Shown: one piece after another, positions 15,450-34,850 of the stretch
Position numbering within the stretch: position 1 is the stretch's first letter
Layout of the letters: the number at the start of each line of letters is the position of its first letter
Source of the DNA: Microbotryum violaceum
Taxonomy: Eukaryota
Reading direction: 5' to 3'
DNA: 64,000 bases
Assembly (NCBI GenBank): GCA_001244265.2
Contig: CDLV01000006.1
Coordinates: 1-64,000 of the forward strand
The notes under the pieces: model-generated
Seen by the model: only the letters and a program-made list of their open reading frames with translations
The model's database searches: none
Told to the model about the DNA's origin: nothing
Made by a program: the position numbers and the translations under genes

Positions 15450-18400
15450 TGTCATTCCCGCCGACGCGCCAGCACCTGACACCGCCGACACGCACGGCCC
15501 CGCCGCCACGCCCGCCCCCGCCGTCAAGACGAGGACCCCACTAGTAAGGTCGGCGCACATGGACGTCTCATCCCCTCTTGATGATTCTGCCATGAGCGCC
15601 GTTGACGTGGCCCCAGGGTACACTGGCGGATCCTTACTTAATTCTACAGATACCAGCCCCTCGTTGTCTCCGTCGCTCGCCCCGATTTCGTCTCCCGCCA
15701 CGTCCTCAGGGGGTAACCGTCCATCGAGGACTCGGATGATCCGCTTGACCTTCTGCACTCCGACACCGCGGTTCGCCTCCGCCTGATGGACGTACATCAA
15801 TCCAACGACGACACCCTGGTCACACCCACACCCGCCGTTGGCCCCGGGCAGCCCTCCGACGACGACTCCCCTGATGAGATCGATTTCCTCTCTCGTCATC
15901 ACCGCGCCTTCATCGCCACCGACGACGACGACCCCACCTCGAAGCCATTGAGCCGGTCAAATCGATCACTAGCGACCCTCAGACCTGGCGTGAAGTGATG
16001 TCCAGCGACGAGCACAACCTCTGGGCTCAAGCCGCCTCCAACGAGTTCACCGCCATGCGCGACGATTTCAAGGTGTTCACCATCGAGCCTCGTTCCTCGG
16101 TACCACCGGGCGCCACCATTGTCACCTCCAAATTCGTCTGGAAGACCAAGCGCAATGCACAGGGTGATATCACAGGGCGGAAGGCACGCCTTGTCGCGCA
16201 GGGTAACTGCCAGCGCGACGGCATTGACTTCTCGGAGACGTTCGCACCCGTCGCCCGTTTCTCCTCCATTCGCTGCCTCCTTGCCCTTGCTGCTGCCAAC
16301 GGCTAGGACGTTCATCAGGCTGACATCAACAAGGCTTACCTTCACGGCGAGCTCGATCACGACATCTGGATGACGACGCCACAAGGTTTCGACTTCCCGA
16401 GCGACCAGGTTCTCCGGCTGCGGCGCTCGATCTACGGTCTTAAGCAGGCCGGTCGCATCTGGAATCGCCACATTGACACATCACTCAGGAGTCTTGGGTA
16501 CACGGCAACGGGCACTGATCACTGCATTTACTCTCGCATTGATGATCAGAAGCAGCCCCATTATATCGCATTATATGTCGACGATCTCCTCATTGTCAGC
16601 CCCGCCCTCGACGAGATTGAGCGTGTCATCTCCGGCCTCGAACAGCGATACGGCGTCAAACGACTCGGCCCTGCAGAATACATCCTCGGCATCCAGATTC
16701 GACGCCTGGAAGACGGCTCCATTGCTTTATCTCAGGAGCGCTAGATCATGGACGTGCTCGCCCGCTTTCACTTTGACACCACAACACGCGGCGCTACGGT
16801 GCCAATGACGCCCGGCCTCTCGCTCACGGCAGTACCGGGTCAGGGAACGGAACGCATTCGGTCGTGGTACCTGCAAGCCATCGTCTCCCTCCTATACATT
16901 TCACTCGGCACTCGCCCCAACATTGCCTTCGCCGTCTCGTACTTGTCCCGGTTCGCCAACAACCCCGGCCGCCGCCATTGGGTCACCGTCAAACATGTCC
17001 TTTGCTACCTTCGCGCTACGTACCGTGATGAGCTACTCTACGCCTGCGGTCCAACCAAGATTACAGGGTGGTTGGCTACTCCGATGCAAACTGGGGTGCC
17101 TGCGTTGACACGTCAATCTCCACAATGGGCTTCGTCTTTTACTTGGCCGGCTCCGCCGTCTCTTGGTCATCGAAGCGTCAGACTCGGGTAGCAGATTCCA
17201 CCACTGATGCCGAATACCTCGCCTTGTTGCATGCTGGTAAGGAAGCGATTTACCTTACACAACTCCTCTCCGAGCTCCACGTTTGCCCGGTCGATGCGGC
17301 TCACATTTTCACGGACAACGAGGCCGCGGCCGCCGTTGCTCACGACCCCGTTCACACCTCTGGCACCCGACACATACGCCTCCGCGAGCACTTTGTCCTC
17401 GACATGGTCCACCAAGGCAATATCTCCCTCTCACACGTCGGCACAGCAAACATGGTTGCGGACATATTCACCAAGGTGCTAGGTCCCAAGATTTTTGGTG
17501 TACATTGCTATGTTCTAGGCCTCCGGACGCGTCACCCACGGCTCAAGTCTACCTTGCGTTCGCGTCGGGGGGGGGGGGTGTGAGGAATCCACTCTCCGCT
17601 CGGCTCAGGACTTAGGCGCGCGGAGCGAGCCAGGCACATTGGCCCAGGGCTAGGCGCGCAGAGCGAGCCGGAGCGAGTCGGGCGCATCGGCTCAGGACTT
17701 AGGCGCGCGGAGCGAGCCAGGCGCATTGGCCCAGGGCTAGGCGCGCGGAGCGAGCCTGGGGAACTTGGGGCGCGCAGCTCTCACACTGTTAGCTTCCTAT
17801 TCATCACTCTTGGCTAGAACTACATCGCTGACGTAGTAAAGTTGATCGAATAGGTTATAAGCCCAACGAGCTACCAGCCCGCTGCTCGCTCGCATTTTTC
17901 CTCGAGCCCAGCCACTTGAGCCGCCCACGTCCATCGCACCATCGCACAATGGACAGTCGCGACCCCACCACGCCTTCGTCCCCCAGGGACCCCAGCCCTC
18001 TTGCGTCTTCGATCAGCAATCAACTCGCTACCCTGCAGGCCCAGCTCGCCGCTCTGCAGGCCTCGCAGCCCCCTGCCGGCCCCGCCTCTACTGCCGCTGC
18101 CTTGCAGCCCACTGCCGCCGCCGCCGCCACCACCACCGCATCAAAAGTCGTCTTTCCCAAGCACACTCGCCTAGACGGCTCCAAGTCGTTCACGAACTGG
18201 TTACGCCAGCTCCGGCTCACGCTCCCGAATCAGGTTCGTGGTTACGTCCTTGATGGCATCGTTCCCCCGACGTGGACGGCCGACCAGCTGGCCGCTCGTG
18301 ACGACGCCGCGCGGGAAATTATCGTCGGCTCGATCGACTCCGCCGACGTCTCAGTAACCCTCGACGCCATCCCAAGCGACGACCTGTCGGCGCCACGCAT

Positions 18401-19470
18401 CTTTGCCGCACTCAAGGCTTGTTTCGCACCAAACGACGCCACTCGCACCCTCGAATTATTCGCCCGCCTTTGGGACTTTCGGAAGATGCCTGCCTCGGTC
18501 GAGGCCTATGACACCTGGCTGCGCAAATATATGGCCATTGCTCAAGAGATTCGCGACGCCAAGACATCGCTGAACAACGTCCTTGCCACACACATCCTCG
18601 CCATGGTACCGTCCTGCCTAGACAGCTTCCGCCTAACGTTCACGGACGAGCAGCGCGCCCAGCGCAACCTCCCGGAGCTCACGACCTTAACGGACCGTAT
18701 CCGCGTTCAGCTCCGATCCGCCAGCCTCTCGGCTTCGCATTTGGCCATGCTCGCCGACGCCCCCTCTTGCCCCGCCTGCCACGCCCCGGCCACCGCCTGC
18801 GCGACTGCACTTCACGTGCAAAGCATCCGCCCACCGGCCCCTGCCGCCGCTGCCAAAAGCGAGGTCACTGGGCCCTCGACTGCAAGAACCAGGGCCAACA
18901 GACACGTACCAGCAACGGCACCCAGGACAATTTGTCTTCTGCCACGGCTCACCGACCAAACGTCGGATATTTCGCCTCCTGCCTATTTGCCCGCCGCCAA
19001 CTCCCGACCAACGCCTTCGTAGTCGACTCGGGCGCCACGACTCACATGGTCGCCGACCGCTCCCTGTTCACGACTTATCGTCCAACGGCACACACCAAGA
19101 TTGGCGGCATTGCCGGCGGTATCACGGCCATTGGTATGGGGGATGTACCGTTTGTTGCCAACACCGGACACCCGATCACGTTGCGCGGCGTTCTGCATGC
19201 GCCGGGCCTTCACGTCAACCTTCTCTCCGTCTCTCGCCTTTGTGACACCGACCGCGTTCGACTTGCCTTCACCAGCGACAGCATCGCCATCACCAAGGAC
19301 GGCCAGGCCATCGCTCACGGTACACGGGTTAACGACGGTCTCTACCTCCTGGACGCGGACCACACCAAATGTCAGCAGCTTGCCTTTCTCTCACGCTCCG
19401 AGTCTACCGTGCCCCTACTTACCCTCCACCGCTGCCTTGGCCACCTTGCTCCATCCTCTATACAGAAGAT

Positions 19471-19810
19471 TGTGACAAGTCCACTCTCAGCTCGGCAGAG
19501 GCGCCTCGGTCGTTGCGCGCACCGCTAGCCCGCCCCCCTGCGCTGGGGACTTAGACGCGCGCGACTGACTCAGCGGGCCAGCGCCGGGTGGATCCGTGCG
19601 GGTGCCCACTAGGCCGCCCCTTGCGGTGGGGACTTAGGCGCGCGCGACTGCCTTAGCGCCGCGCGCCTGCCTTAGCGCGCTAGCAACTTCACCCGCGACT
19701 GGGCCTATCTCAGCGCGGGTCCCCTTTCTATTTCTTAGCTTCCCTCTCACCACTTCTGTTCAACAATCGACCTCTCCTGACAGTAGTGGTGATCGTCTCA
19801 TAGTCTCATA
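19471..19810 (+). repeat. Solo LTR of Copia family B inserted in family A integrase
   Basis: TG...TA termini with 5-bp TSD AAGAT; similar to LTRs at 27798 and 31723. Confidence 0.93.
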
Positions 19811-22800
19811 AAGATGATCGCTGCGGGTTTGCTGGACGGGTTTGGGGCCGGGTACAGTGACAAAGACGTAGAAGAGTTTGTTTGCAATGCTTGCCTTGGT
19901 TCCAAAGGCCATCGTCTTCCTTTTCCCGACTCGGAGTCACATTCCCCGAGAGACTTGGTCTCGTGCACAGCGATGTCCTGTTGTTTCCCACTCCGTCCTT
20001 GACCGGGAAACGCTATCTTGTCACCTTCCTTGATGACCACTCTCGCAAACTATGGGCATACGCAATCGATCACAAAAGTGACGTCTTCCCGACCTTCCAG
20101 ACTTGGCTCGCCGAAGTGGAGTTAGAAACGGACGCGCGTCTACGGATCCTTTGCACCGACAACGGCAGCGAATACCGATCCAACGCGTTCACGGAGTTCT
20201 GCCAGTCCAGGGGCATTCGTCGCCAATACTCTATTCCATATACGCCTCAGCAAAACGGCCGTGCCGAACGTGTCAACCTCTCCATCGTCGAGGGCGTCCT
20301 CGCCCTCCTTGCTGACTCCCACCTGCCGGCCATCTTTTGGGACGAAGCGGCTGCATACTTCGTTTATTGCAAAAACAGGTGCTCACACTCAGCTTTGGCC
20401 AAACAGAATCCACAATTCGTTTGGAACGGCCAACGCACCACGACCACCGCCCTTCACCCGTTCGGCTGCGCGGCCTGGCTCACGGGCGCGCCGGACCTTC
20501 GCAGCAAGCTCGACCCCAAGGCCGCGCGCGTGATTTTTACTGGTTACGACCTTGCCTCCAAAGCTTTCCGGTTCTTTGACCATTCCACCAACAAGGTTGT
20601 GCTTGGCCGAAATGCCACCTTCCTCGACGACGACTTCCCCGGCCTACCAGTCAACACGTCCGTCGATGCGGACGACGTCGAACGCCAGTTTGTCATTCCC
20701 GCCGACGCGCCAGGGCCTGACACCGCCGCCACGCCCGCTCCCGCCGTCAAGACGAGGACCCCACTAGTAAGGTCGGCGCACATGGACGTCTCATCCCCTC
20801 TTGATGATTCTGCCATGAGCGCCGTTGACGTGGCCCCAGGGTACACTGGCGGATCCTTACTTAATTCTACAGATACCAGCCCCTCGTTGTCTCCGTCGCT
20901 CGCCCCGATTTCGTCTCCCGCCACGTCCTCAGGGGGGTAACCGTCCATCGAGGACTCGGATGATCCGCTTGACCTTCTGCACTCCGACACCGCGGTTCGC
21001 CTCCGCCTGATGGACGTACATCAATCCAACGACGACACCCTGGTCACACCCACACCCGCCGTTGGCCCCGGGCAGCCCTCCGACGACGACTCCCCTGATG
21101 AGATCGATTTCCTCTCTCGTCATCACCGCGCCTTCATCGCCACCGACGACGACGACCCCACCCTCGAAGCCATTGAGCCGGTCAAATCGATCACTAGCGA
21201 CCCTCAGACCTGGCGTGAAGTGATGTCCAGCGACGAGCACAACCTCTGGGCTCAAGCCGCCTCCAACGAGTTCACCGCCATGCGCGACGATTTCAAGGTG
21301 TTCACCATCGAGCCTCGTTCCTCGGTACCACCGGGCGCCACCATTGTCACCTCCAAATTCGTCTGGAAGACCAAGCGCAATGCACAGGGTGATATCACAG
21401 GGCGGAAGGCACGCCTTGTCGCGCAGGGTAACTGCCAGCGCGACGGCATTGACTTCTCAGAGACGTTCGCACCCGTCGCCCGTTTCTCCTCCATTCGCTG
21501 CCTCCTTGCCCTTGCTGCTGCCAACGGCTAGGACGTTCATCAGGCTGACATCAACAAGGCTTACCTTCACGGCGAGCTCGATCACGACATCTGGATGACG
21601 ACGCCACAAGGTTTCGACTTCCCGAGCGACCAGGTTCTCCGGCTGCGGCGCTCGATCTACGGTCTTAAGCAGGCCGGTCGCATCTGGAATCGCCACATTG
21701 ACACATCACTCAGGAGTCTTGGGTACACGGCAACGGGCACTGATCACTGCATTTACTCTCGCATTGATGATCAGAAGCAGCCCCATTATATCGCATTATA
21801 TGTCGACGATCTCCTCATTGTCAGCCCCGCCCTCGACGAGATTGAGCGTGTCATCTCCGGCCTCGAACAGCGATACGGCGTCAAACGACTCGGCCCTGCA
21901 GAATACATCCTCGGCATCCAGATTCGACGCCTGGAAGACGGCTCCATTGCTTTATCTCAGGAGCGCTAGATCATGGACGTGCTCGCCCGCTTTCACTTTG
22001 ACACCACAACACGCGGCGCTACGGTGCCAATGACGCCCGGCCTCTCGCTCACGGCAGTACCGGGTCAGGGAACGGAACGCATTCGGTCGTGGTACCTGCA
22101 AGCCATCGTCTCCCTCCTATACATTTCACTCGGCACTCGCCCCAACATTGCCTTCGCCGTCTCGTACTTGTCCCGGTTCGCCAACAACCCCGGCCGCCGC
22201 CATTGGGTCACCGTCAAACATGTCCTTTGCTACCTTCGCGCTACGTACCGTGATGAGCTACTCTACGCCTGCGGTCCAACCAAGATTACAGGGGTGGTTG
22301 GCTACTCCGATGCAAACTGGGGTGCCTGCGTTGACACGTCAATCTCCACAATGGGCTTCGTCTTTTACTTGGCCGGCTCCGCCGTCTCTTGGTCATCGAA
22401 GCGTCAGACTCGGGTAGCAGATTCCACCACTGATGCCGAATACCTCGCCTTGTTGCATGCTGGTAAGGAAGCGATTTACCTTACACAACTCCTCTCCGAG
22501 CTCCACGTTTGCCCGGTCGATGCGGCTCACATTTTCACGGACAACGAGGCCGCGGCCGCCGTTGCTCACGACCCCGTTCACACCTCTGGCACCCGACACA
22601 TACGCCTCCGCGAGCACTTTGTCCTCGACATGGTCCACCAAGGCAATATCTCCCTCTCACACGTCGGCACAGCAAACATGGTTGCGGACATATTCACCAA
22701 GGTGCTAGGTCCCAAGATTTTTGGTGTACATTGCTATGTTCTAGGCCTCCGGACGCGTCACCCACGGCTCAAGTCTACCTTGCGTTCGCGTCGGGGGGGG

Positions 22801-23174
22801 GGGGTGTGAGGAATCCACTCTCCGCTCGGCTCAGGACTTAGGCGCGCGGAGCGAGCCAGGCACATTGGCCCAGGGCTAGGCGCGCAGAGCGAGCCGGAGC
22901 GAGTCGGGCGCATCGGCTCAGGACTTAGGCGCGCGGAGCGAGCCAGGCGCATTGGCCCAGGGCTAGGCGCGCGGAGCGAGCCTGGGGAACTTGGGGCGCG
23001 CAGCTCTCACACTGTTAGCTTCCTATTCATCACTCTTGGCTAGAACTACATCGCTGACGTAGTAAAGTTGATCGAATAGGTTATAAGCCCAACGAGCTAC
23101 CAGCCCGCTGCTCGCTCGCATTTTTCCTCGAGCCCAGCCACTTGAGCCGCCCACGTCCATCGCACCATCGCACA

Positions 23175-24697
23175 ATGGACAGTCGCGACCCCACCACGCC
23201 TTCGTCCCCCAGGGACCCCAGCCCTCTTGCGTCTTCGATCAGCAATCAACTCGCTACCCTGCAGGCCCAGCTCGCCGCTCTGCAGGCCTCGCAGCCCCCT
23301 GCCGGCCCCGCCTCTACTGCCGCTGCCTTGCAGCCCACTGCCGCCGCCGCCGCCACCACCACCGCATCAAAAGTCGTCTTTCCCAAGCACACTCGCCTAG
23401 ACGGCTCCAAGTCGTTCACGAACTGGTTACGCCAGCTCCGGCTCACGCTCCCGAATCAGGTTCGTGGTTACGTCCTTGATGGCGTCGTTCCCCCGACGTG
23501 GACGGCCGACCAGCTGGCCGCTCGTGACGACACCGCGCGGGAAATTATCGTCGGCTCGATCGACTCCGCCGACGTCTCAGTAACCCTCGACGCCATCCCA
23601 AGCGACGACCTGTCGGCGCCACGCATCTTTGCCGCACTCAAGGCTTGTTTCGCACCAAACGACGCCACTCGCACCCTCGAATTATTCGCCCGCCTTTGGG
23701 ACTTTCGGAAGATGCCTGCCTCGGTCGAGGCCTATGACACCTGGCTGCGCAAATATATGGCCATTGCTCAAGAGATTCGCGACGCCAAGACATCGCTGAA
23801 CAACGTCCTTGCCACACACATCCTCGCCATGGTACCGTCCTGCCTAGACAGCTTCCGCCTAACGTTCACGGACGAGCAGCGCGCCCAGCGCAACCTCCCG
23901 GAGCTCACGACCTTAACGGACCGTATCCGCGTTCAGCTCCGATCCGCCAGCCTCTCGGCTTCGCATTTGGCCATGCTCGCCGACGCCCCCTCTTGCCCCG
24001 CCTGCCACGCCCCCGGCCACCGCCTGCGCGACTGCACTTCACGTGCAAAGCATCCGCCCACCGGCCCCTGCCGCCGCTGCCAAAAGCGAGGTCACTGGGC
24101 CCTCGACTGCAAGAACCAGGGCCAACAGACACGTACCAGCAACGGCACCCAGGACAATTTGTCTTCTGCCACGGCTCACCGACCAAACGTCGGATATTTC
24201 GCCTCCTGCCTATTTGCCCGCCGCCAACTCCCGACCAACGCCTTCGTAGTCGACTCGGGCGCCACGACTCACATGGTCGCCGACCGCTCCCTGTTCACGA
24301 CTTATCGTCCAACGGCACACACCAAGATTGGCGGCATTGCCGGCGGTATCACGGCCATTGGTATGGGGGATGTACCGTTTGTTGCCAACACCGGACACCC
24401 GATCACGTTGCGCGGCGTTCTGCATGCGCCGGGCCTTCACGTCAACCTTCTCTCCGTCTCTCGCCTTTGTGACACCGACCGCGTTCGACTTGCCTTCACC
24501 AGCGACAGCATCGCCATCACCAAGGACGGCCAGGCCATCGCTCACGGTACACGGGTTAACGACGGTCTCTACCTCCTGGACGCGGACCACACCAAATGTC
24601 AGCAGCTTGCCTTTCTCTCACGCTCCGAGTCTACCGTGCCCCTACTTACCCTCCACCGCTGCCTTGGCCACCTTGCTCCATCCTCTATACAGAAGAT
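23175..24697 (+). CDS. Copia Gag-protease-(pre-integrase) polyprotein, interrupted by a solo LTR
   Basis: Open frame from ATG 23175 with two CCHC knuckles ([28 protein letters not shown]), DSGAT and LHRCLGH. Confidence 0.9.
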
Positions 24698-25037
24698 TGT
24701 GACAAGTCCACTCTCAGCTCGGCAGAGGCGCCTCGGTCGTTGCGCGCACCGCTAGCCCGCCCCCTGCGCTGGGGACTTAGACGCGCGCGACTGACTCAGC
24801 GGGCCAGCGCCGGGTGGATCCGTGCGGGTGCCCACTAGGCCGCCCCCTTGCGGTGGGGACTTAGGCGCGCGCGACTGCCTTAGCGCCGCGCGCCTGCCTT
24901 AGCGCGCTAGCAACTTCACCCGCGACTGGGCCTATCTCAGCGCGGGTCCCCTTTCTATTTCTTAGCTTCCCTCTCACCACTTCTGTTCAACAATCGACCT
25001 CTCCTGACAGTAGTGGTGATCGTCTCATAGTCTCATA
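24698..25037 (+). repeat. Duplicate of the family B solo LTR
   Basis: Same sequence, same AAGAT TSD and same insertion point as 19471-19810. Confidence 0.93.
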
Positions 25038-26588
25038 AAGATGATCGCTGCGGGTTTGCTGGACGGGTTTGGGGCCGGGTACAGTGACAAAGACGTAGAA
25101 GAGTTTGTTTGCAATGCTTGCCTTGGTTCCAAAGGCCATCGTCTTCCTTTTCCCGACTCGGAGTCACATTCCCCGAGAGACTTGGTCTCGTGCACAGCGA
25201 TGTCCTGTTGTTTCCCACTCCGTCCTTGACCGGGAAACGCTATCTTGTCACCTTCCTTGATGACCACTCTCGCAAACTATGGGCATACGCAATCGATCAC
25301 AAAAGTGACGTCTTCCCGACCTTCCAGACTTGGCTCGCCGAAGTGGAGTTAGAAACGGACGCGCGTCTACGGATCCTTTGCACCGACAACGGCAGCGAAT
25401 ACCGATCCAACGCGTTCACGGAGTTCTGCCAGTCCAGGGGCATTCGTCGCCAATACTCTATTCCATATACGCCTCAGCAAAACGGCCGTGCCGAACGTGT
25501 CAACCTCTCCATCGTCGAGGGCGTCCTCGCCCTCCTTGCTGACTCCCACCTGCCGGCCATCTTTTGGGACGAAGCGGCTGCATACTTCGTTTATTGCAAA
25601 AACAGGTGCTCACACTCAGCTTTGGCCAAACAGAATCCACAATTCGTTTGGAACGGCCAACGCACCACGACCACCGCCCTTCACCCGTTCGGCTGCGCGG
25701 CCTGGCTCACGGGCGCGCCGGACCTTCGCAGCAAGCTCGACCCCAAGGCCGCGCGCGTGATTTTTACTGGTTACGACCTTGCCTCCAAAGCTTTCCGGTT
25801 CTTTGACCATTCCACCAACAAGGTTGTGCTTGGCCGAAATGCCACCTTCCTCGACGACGACTTCCCCGGCCTACCAGTCAACACGTCCGTCGATGCGGAC
25901 GACGTCGAACGCCAGTTTGTCATTCCCGCCGACGCGCCAGGGCCTGACACCGCCGCCACGCCCGCTCCCGCCGTCAAGACGAGGACCCCACTAGTAAGGT
26001 CGGCGCACATGGACGTCTCATCCCCTCTTGATGATTCTGCCATGAGCGCCGTTGACGTGGCCCCAGGGTACACTGGCGGATCCTCAAGGATATAAAGTTA
26101 AAGCTTTAGAAGGAATTGGTTTCTGTAAATCTGATGAATTATTTAAAAACATGGTCCACCAAGGCAATATCTCCCTCTCACACGTCGGCACAGCAAACAT
26201 GGTTGCGGACATATTCACCAAGGCGCTAGGTCCCAAGATTTTTGGTGTACATTGCTATGCTCTAGGCCTCCGGACGCGTCACCCACGGCTCAAGTCTACC
26301 TCGCGTTCGCGTGGGGGGGGGGTGTGAGGAATCCACTCTCCGCTTGGCTCAGGACTTAGGCGCGCGGATCGAGCCAGGCGCACCGGCCCAGGGCTTAGGC
26401 GCGCAGAGCAAGCTGGGCACATCGGCTCAGGACTTAGGCGCGCGGAGCGAGCCGGGCGCATCGGCTCAGGACTTAGGCGCGCGGAGCGAGCCTGGAAACT
26501 TGGGGGCACGAGGCTCTCACACTGTTAGCTTCCTATTCATCACTCTTGGCTAGAACTACATCGCTGACGTAGTAGAGTTGATCAAATA

Positions 26589-32025
<5,437 letters not shown>

Positions 32026-32041
32026 TATTTCAGCATACCTA

Positions 32042-33451
<1,410 letters not shown>

Positions 33452-34427
33452 GGTGGCTCATCTCACTCGTTTCATGTCCGATCCTCAAGCCAAACACATT
33501 GCTCGCGCCAAGCATGTACTCCGCTACCTCAAGGGCACGGCGTCGCTTGGCCTCGTCTATCATCGGGACCTTGGAACCGAGATTGTGCCGTACTCCGATG
33601 CCAATCACGCTGGCAACAAGTCATCCCAGGTTTCCGTCTTGGGCCACGTTGTCCAGATGGCGGGCTCAATCACTTGGTCTGCCCAACGGCAAACTGGTGT
33701 GGCTCATTTGTCTGTCGAAGGCGAATATGTCGCCCTTTTGTCAACGTGCAGAGAAGTCATGTGGCTGCGCTCACTGTTATTTGCACTTGGATTCCCGTGC
33801 ATTGGTCCGACCATCATTCGAGCGGATTCCACGGGTGCCATTGCGCTCTCAAAGCATCCAACTTTGCACACAACAACAAAACACATCTCGGTCGCATAAC
33901 ACCTTTCCAGACGGTTGCAAGACGATGGCCATGTCAACATTTGCTGGGTCGAGACAAATCTCATGGTTGCCAACATCATGCATGACCAAGGGTCTGGGCA
34001 AGGCCAAGCACAAGCATTTCGTGGAACACCTTGGGCTCACAGCCGTAGCTCATCAGGGGAGGTGTTGGAATGGGTTGGTGCAACAGAAGACAATCTCGTC
34101 TGTGAGCACAATGGGAGCCAACTGGGTTGAGGCGGTGATCGCAAGTGAGAGCGAGGCCAGGGATTCTTGGGCTCAGTATTCATTAGAAAGTGTCCAATTG
34201 GGTATTGCTTAGACATTGTTAGGCTCCGCGTGCAGAAGCGGCTTAGTTTCTCCCCATCCGCTTCTCAATGTTGTAATACCCCAGTCCCTTCACGACTAGG
34301 TTACACAGTCCAAAAGACTGACAATTTCAATAGATGCATATTGAAATCAGAAGGGTACTTAAATAGCGTAAGGCAACCGAGCCTTACAAATGTGCTTTTG
34401 CTGATCAGGGAGTCAATTTCCTCAACG
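33452..34427 (+). mobile_element. Old Copia (further family) RT end/RNase H plus 3' LTR (~34063-34427)
   Basis: AKHVLRYLKGT, YSDA, ITWSAQRQ, TKHISV; PPT AGGGGAGG then TGTTG. Confidence 0.8.
34272..34388. repeat. 117-bp solo-LTR-like element (TGTAA..TTACA)
   Basis: 5-bp TSD AATGT. Further copies in the opposite orientation at ~52742-52850 (truncated) and 55295-55411. Confidence 0.85.
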
Positions 34428-34850
34428 TCTCTAAGAACTCTATAAAATTGTTGGAAGTCTACCCTACAAATCCCTATGAGGAGAGGCAATGCAGATAGCA
34501 CTTTGTTGACTACGGAGTTGAATGATGGAGTACAAGGATGGGTGGTGATGATCTGATTGAGTGTGATGGAGCACAGAGTAATGAGAATATTGCAACTGAA
34601 GAAGAAGAAGGAGAGAGAGAGAAGAGCTACCAAGAGTGGCTCGATACAGAGGCAGAAAAGATATCCCAAGTGCCGGGTTTCCCTGTCCGTCACGGACAGA
34701 TGGGACACAGCGGAAAGGAGTCATTTGGAGATCTTGGCAAAGACAGTCTGATGGAAGACAACAGTTAAAGAGGAGTTGATGATGGAGTAAAACAAGGCAG
34801 TTGGAAATGGGAAGGCCCAAGCTTCAAGTTGGAATCTTGACTATGACAGG

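Larger units (their letters stand above)
15450..26588 (+). mobile_element. Tandem array of Copia family A sharing LTRs (17579-17852, 22805-23078, 26323-26588), ~5.2-kb period
   Basis: Near-identical repeats offset by ~5226 bp. Each internal LTR has a PPT before it and a PBS after it. Confidence 0.93.

Noticed and set aside
20767..20872. TPP riboswitch or hammerhead ribozyme
   Set aside because: It lacks the TPP CUGAGA core and the hammerhead CUGAUGA/GAAA core; only a loose resemblance.
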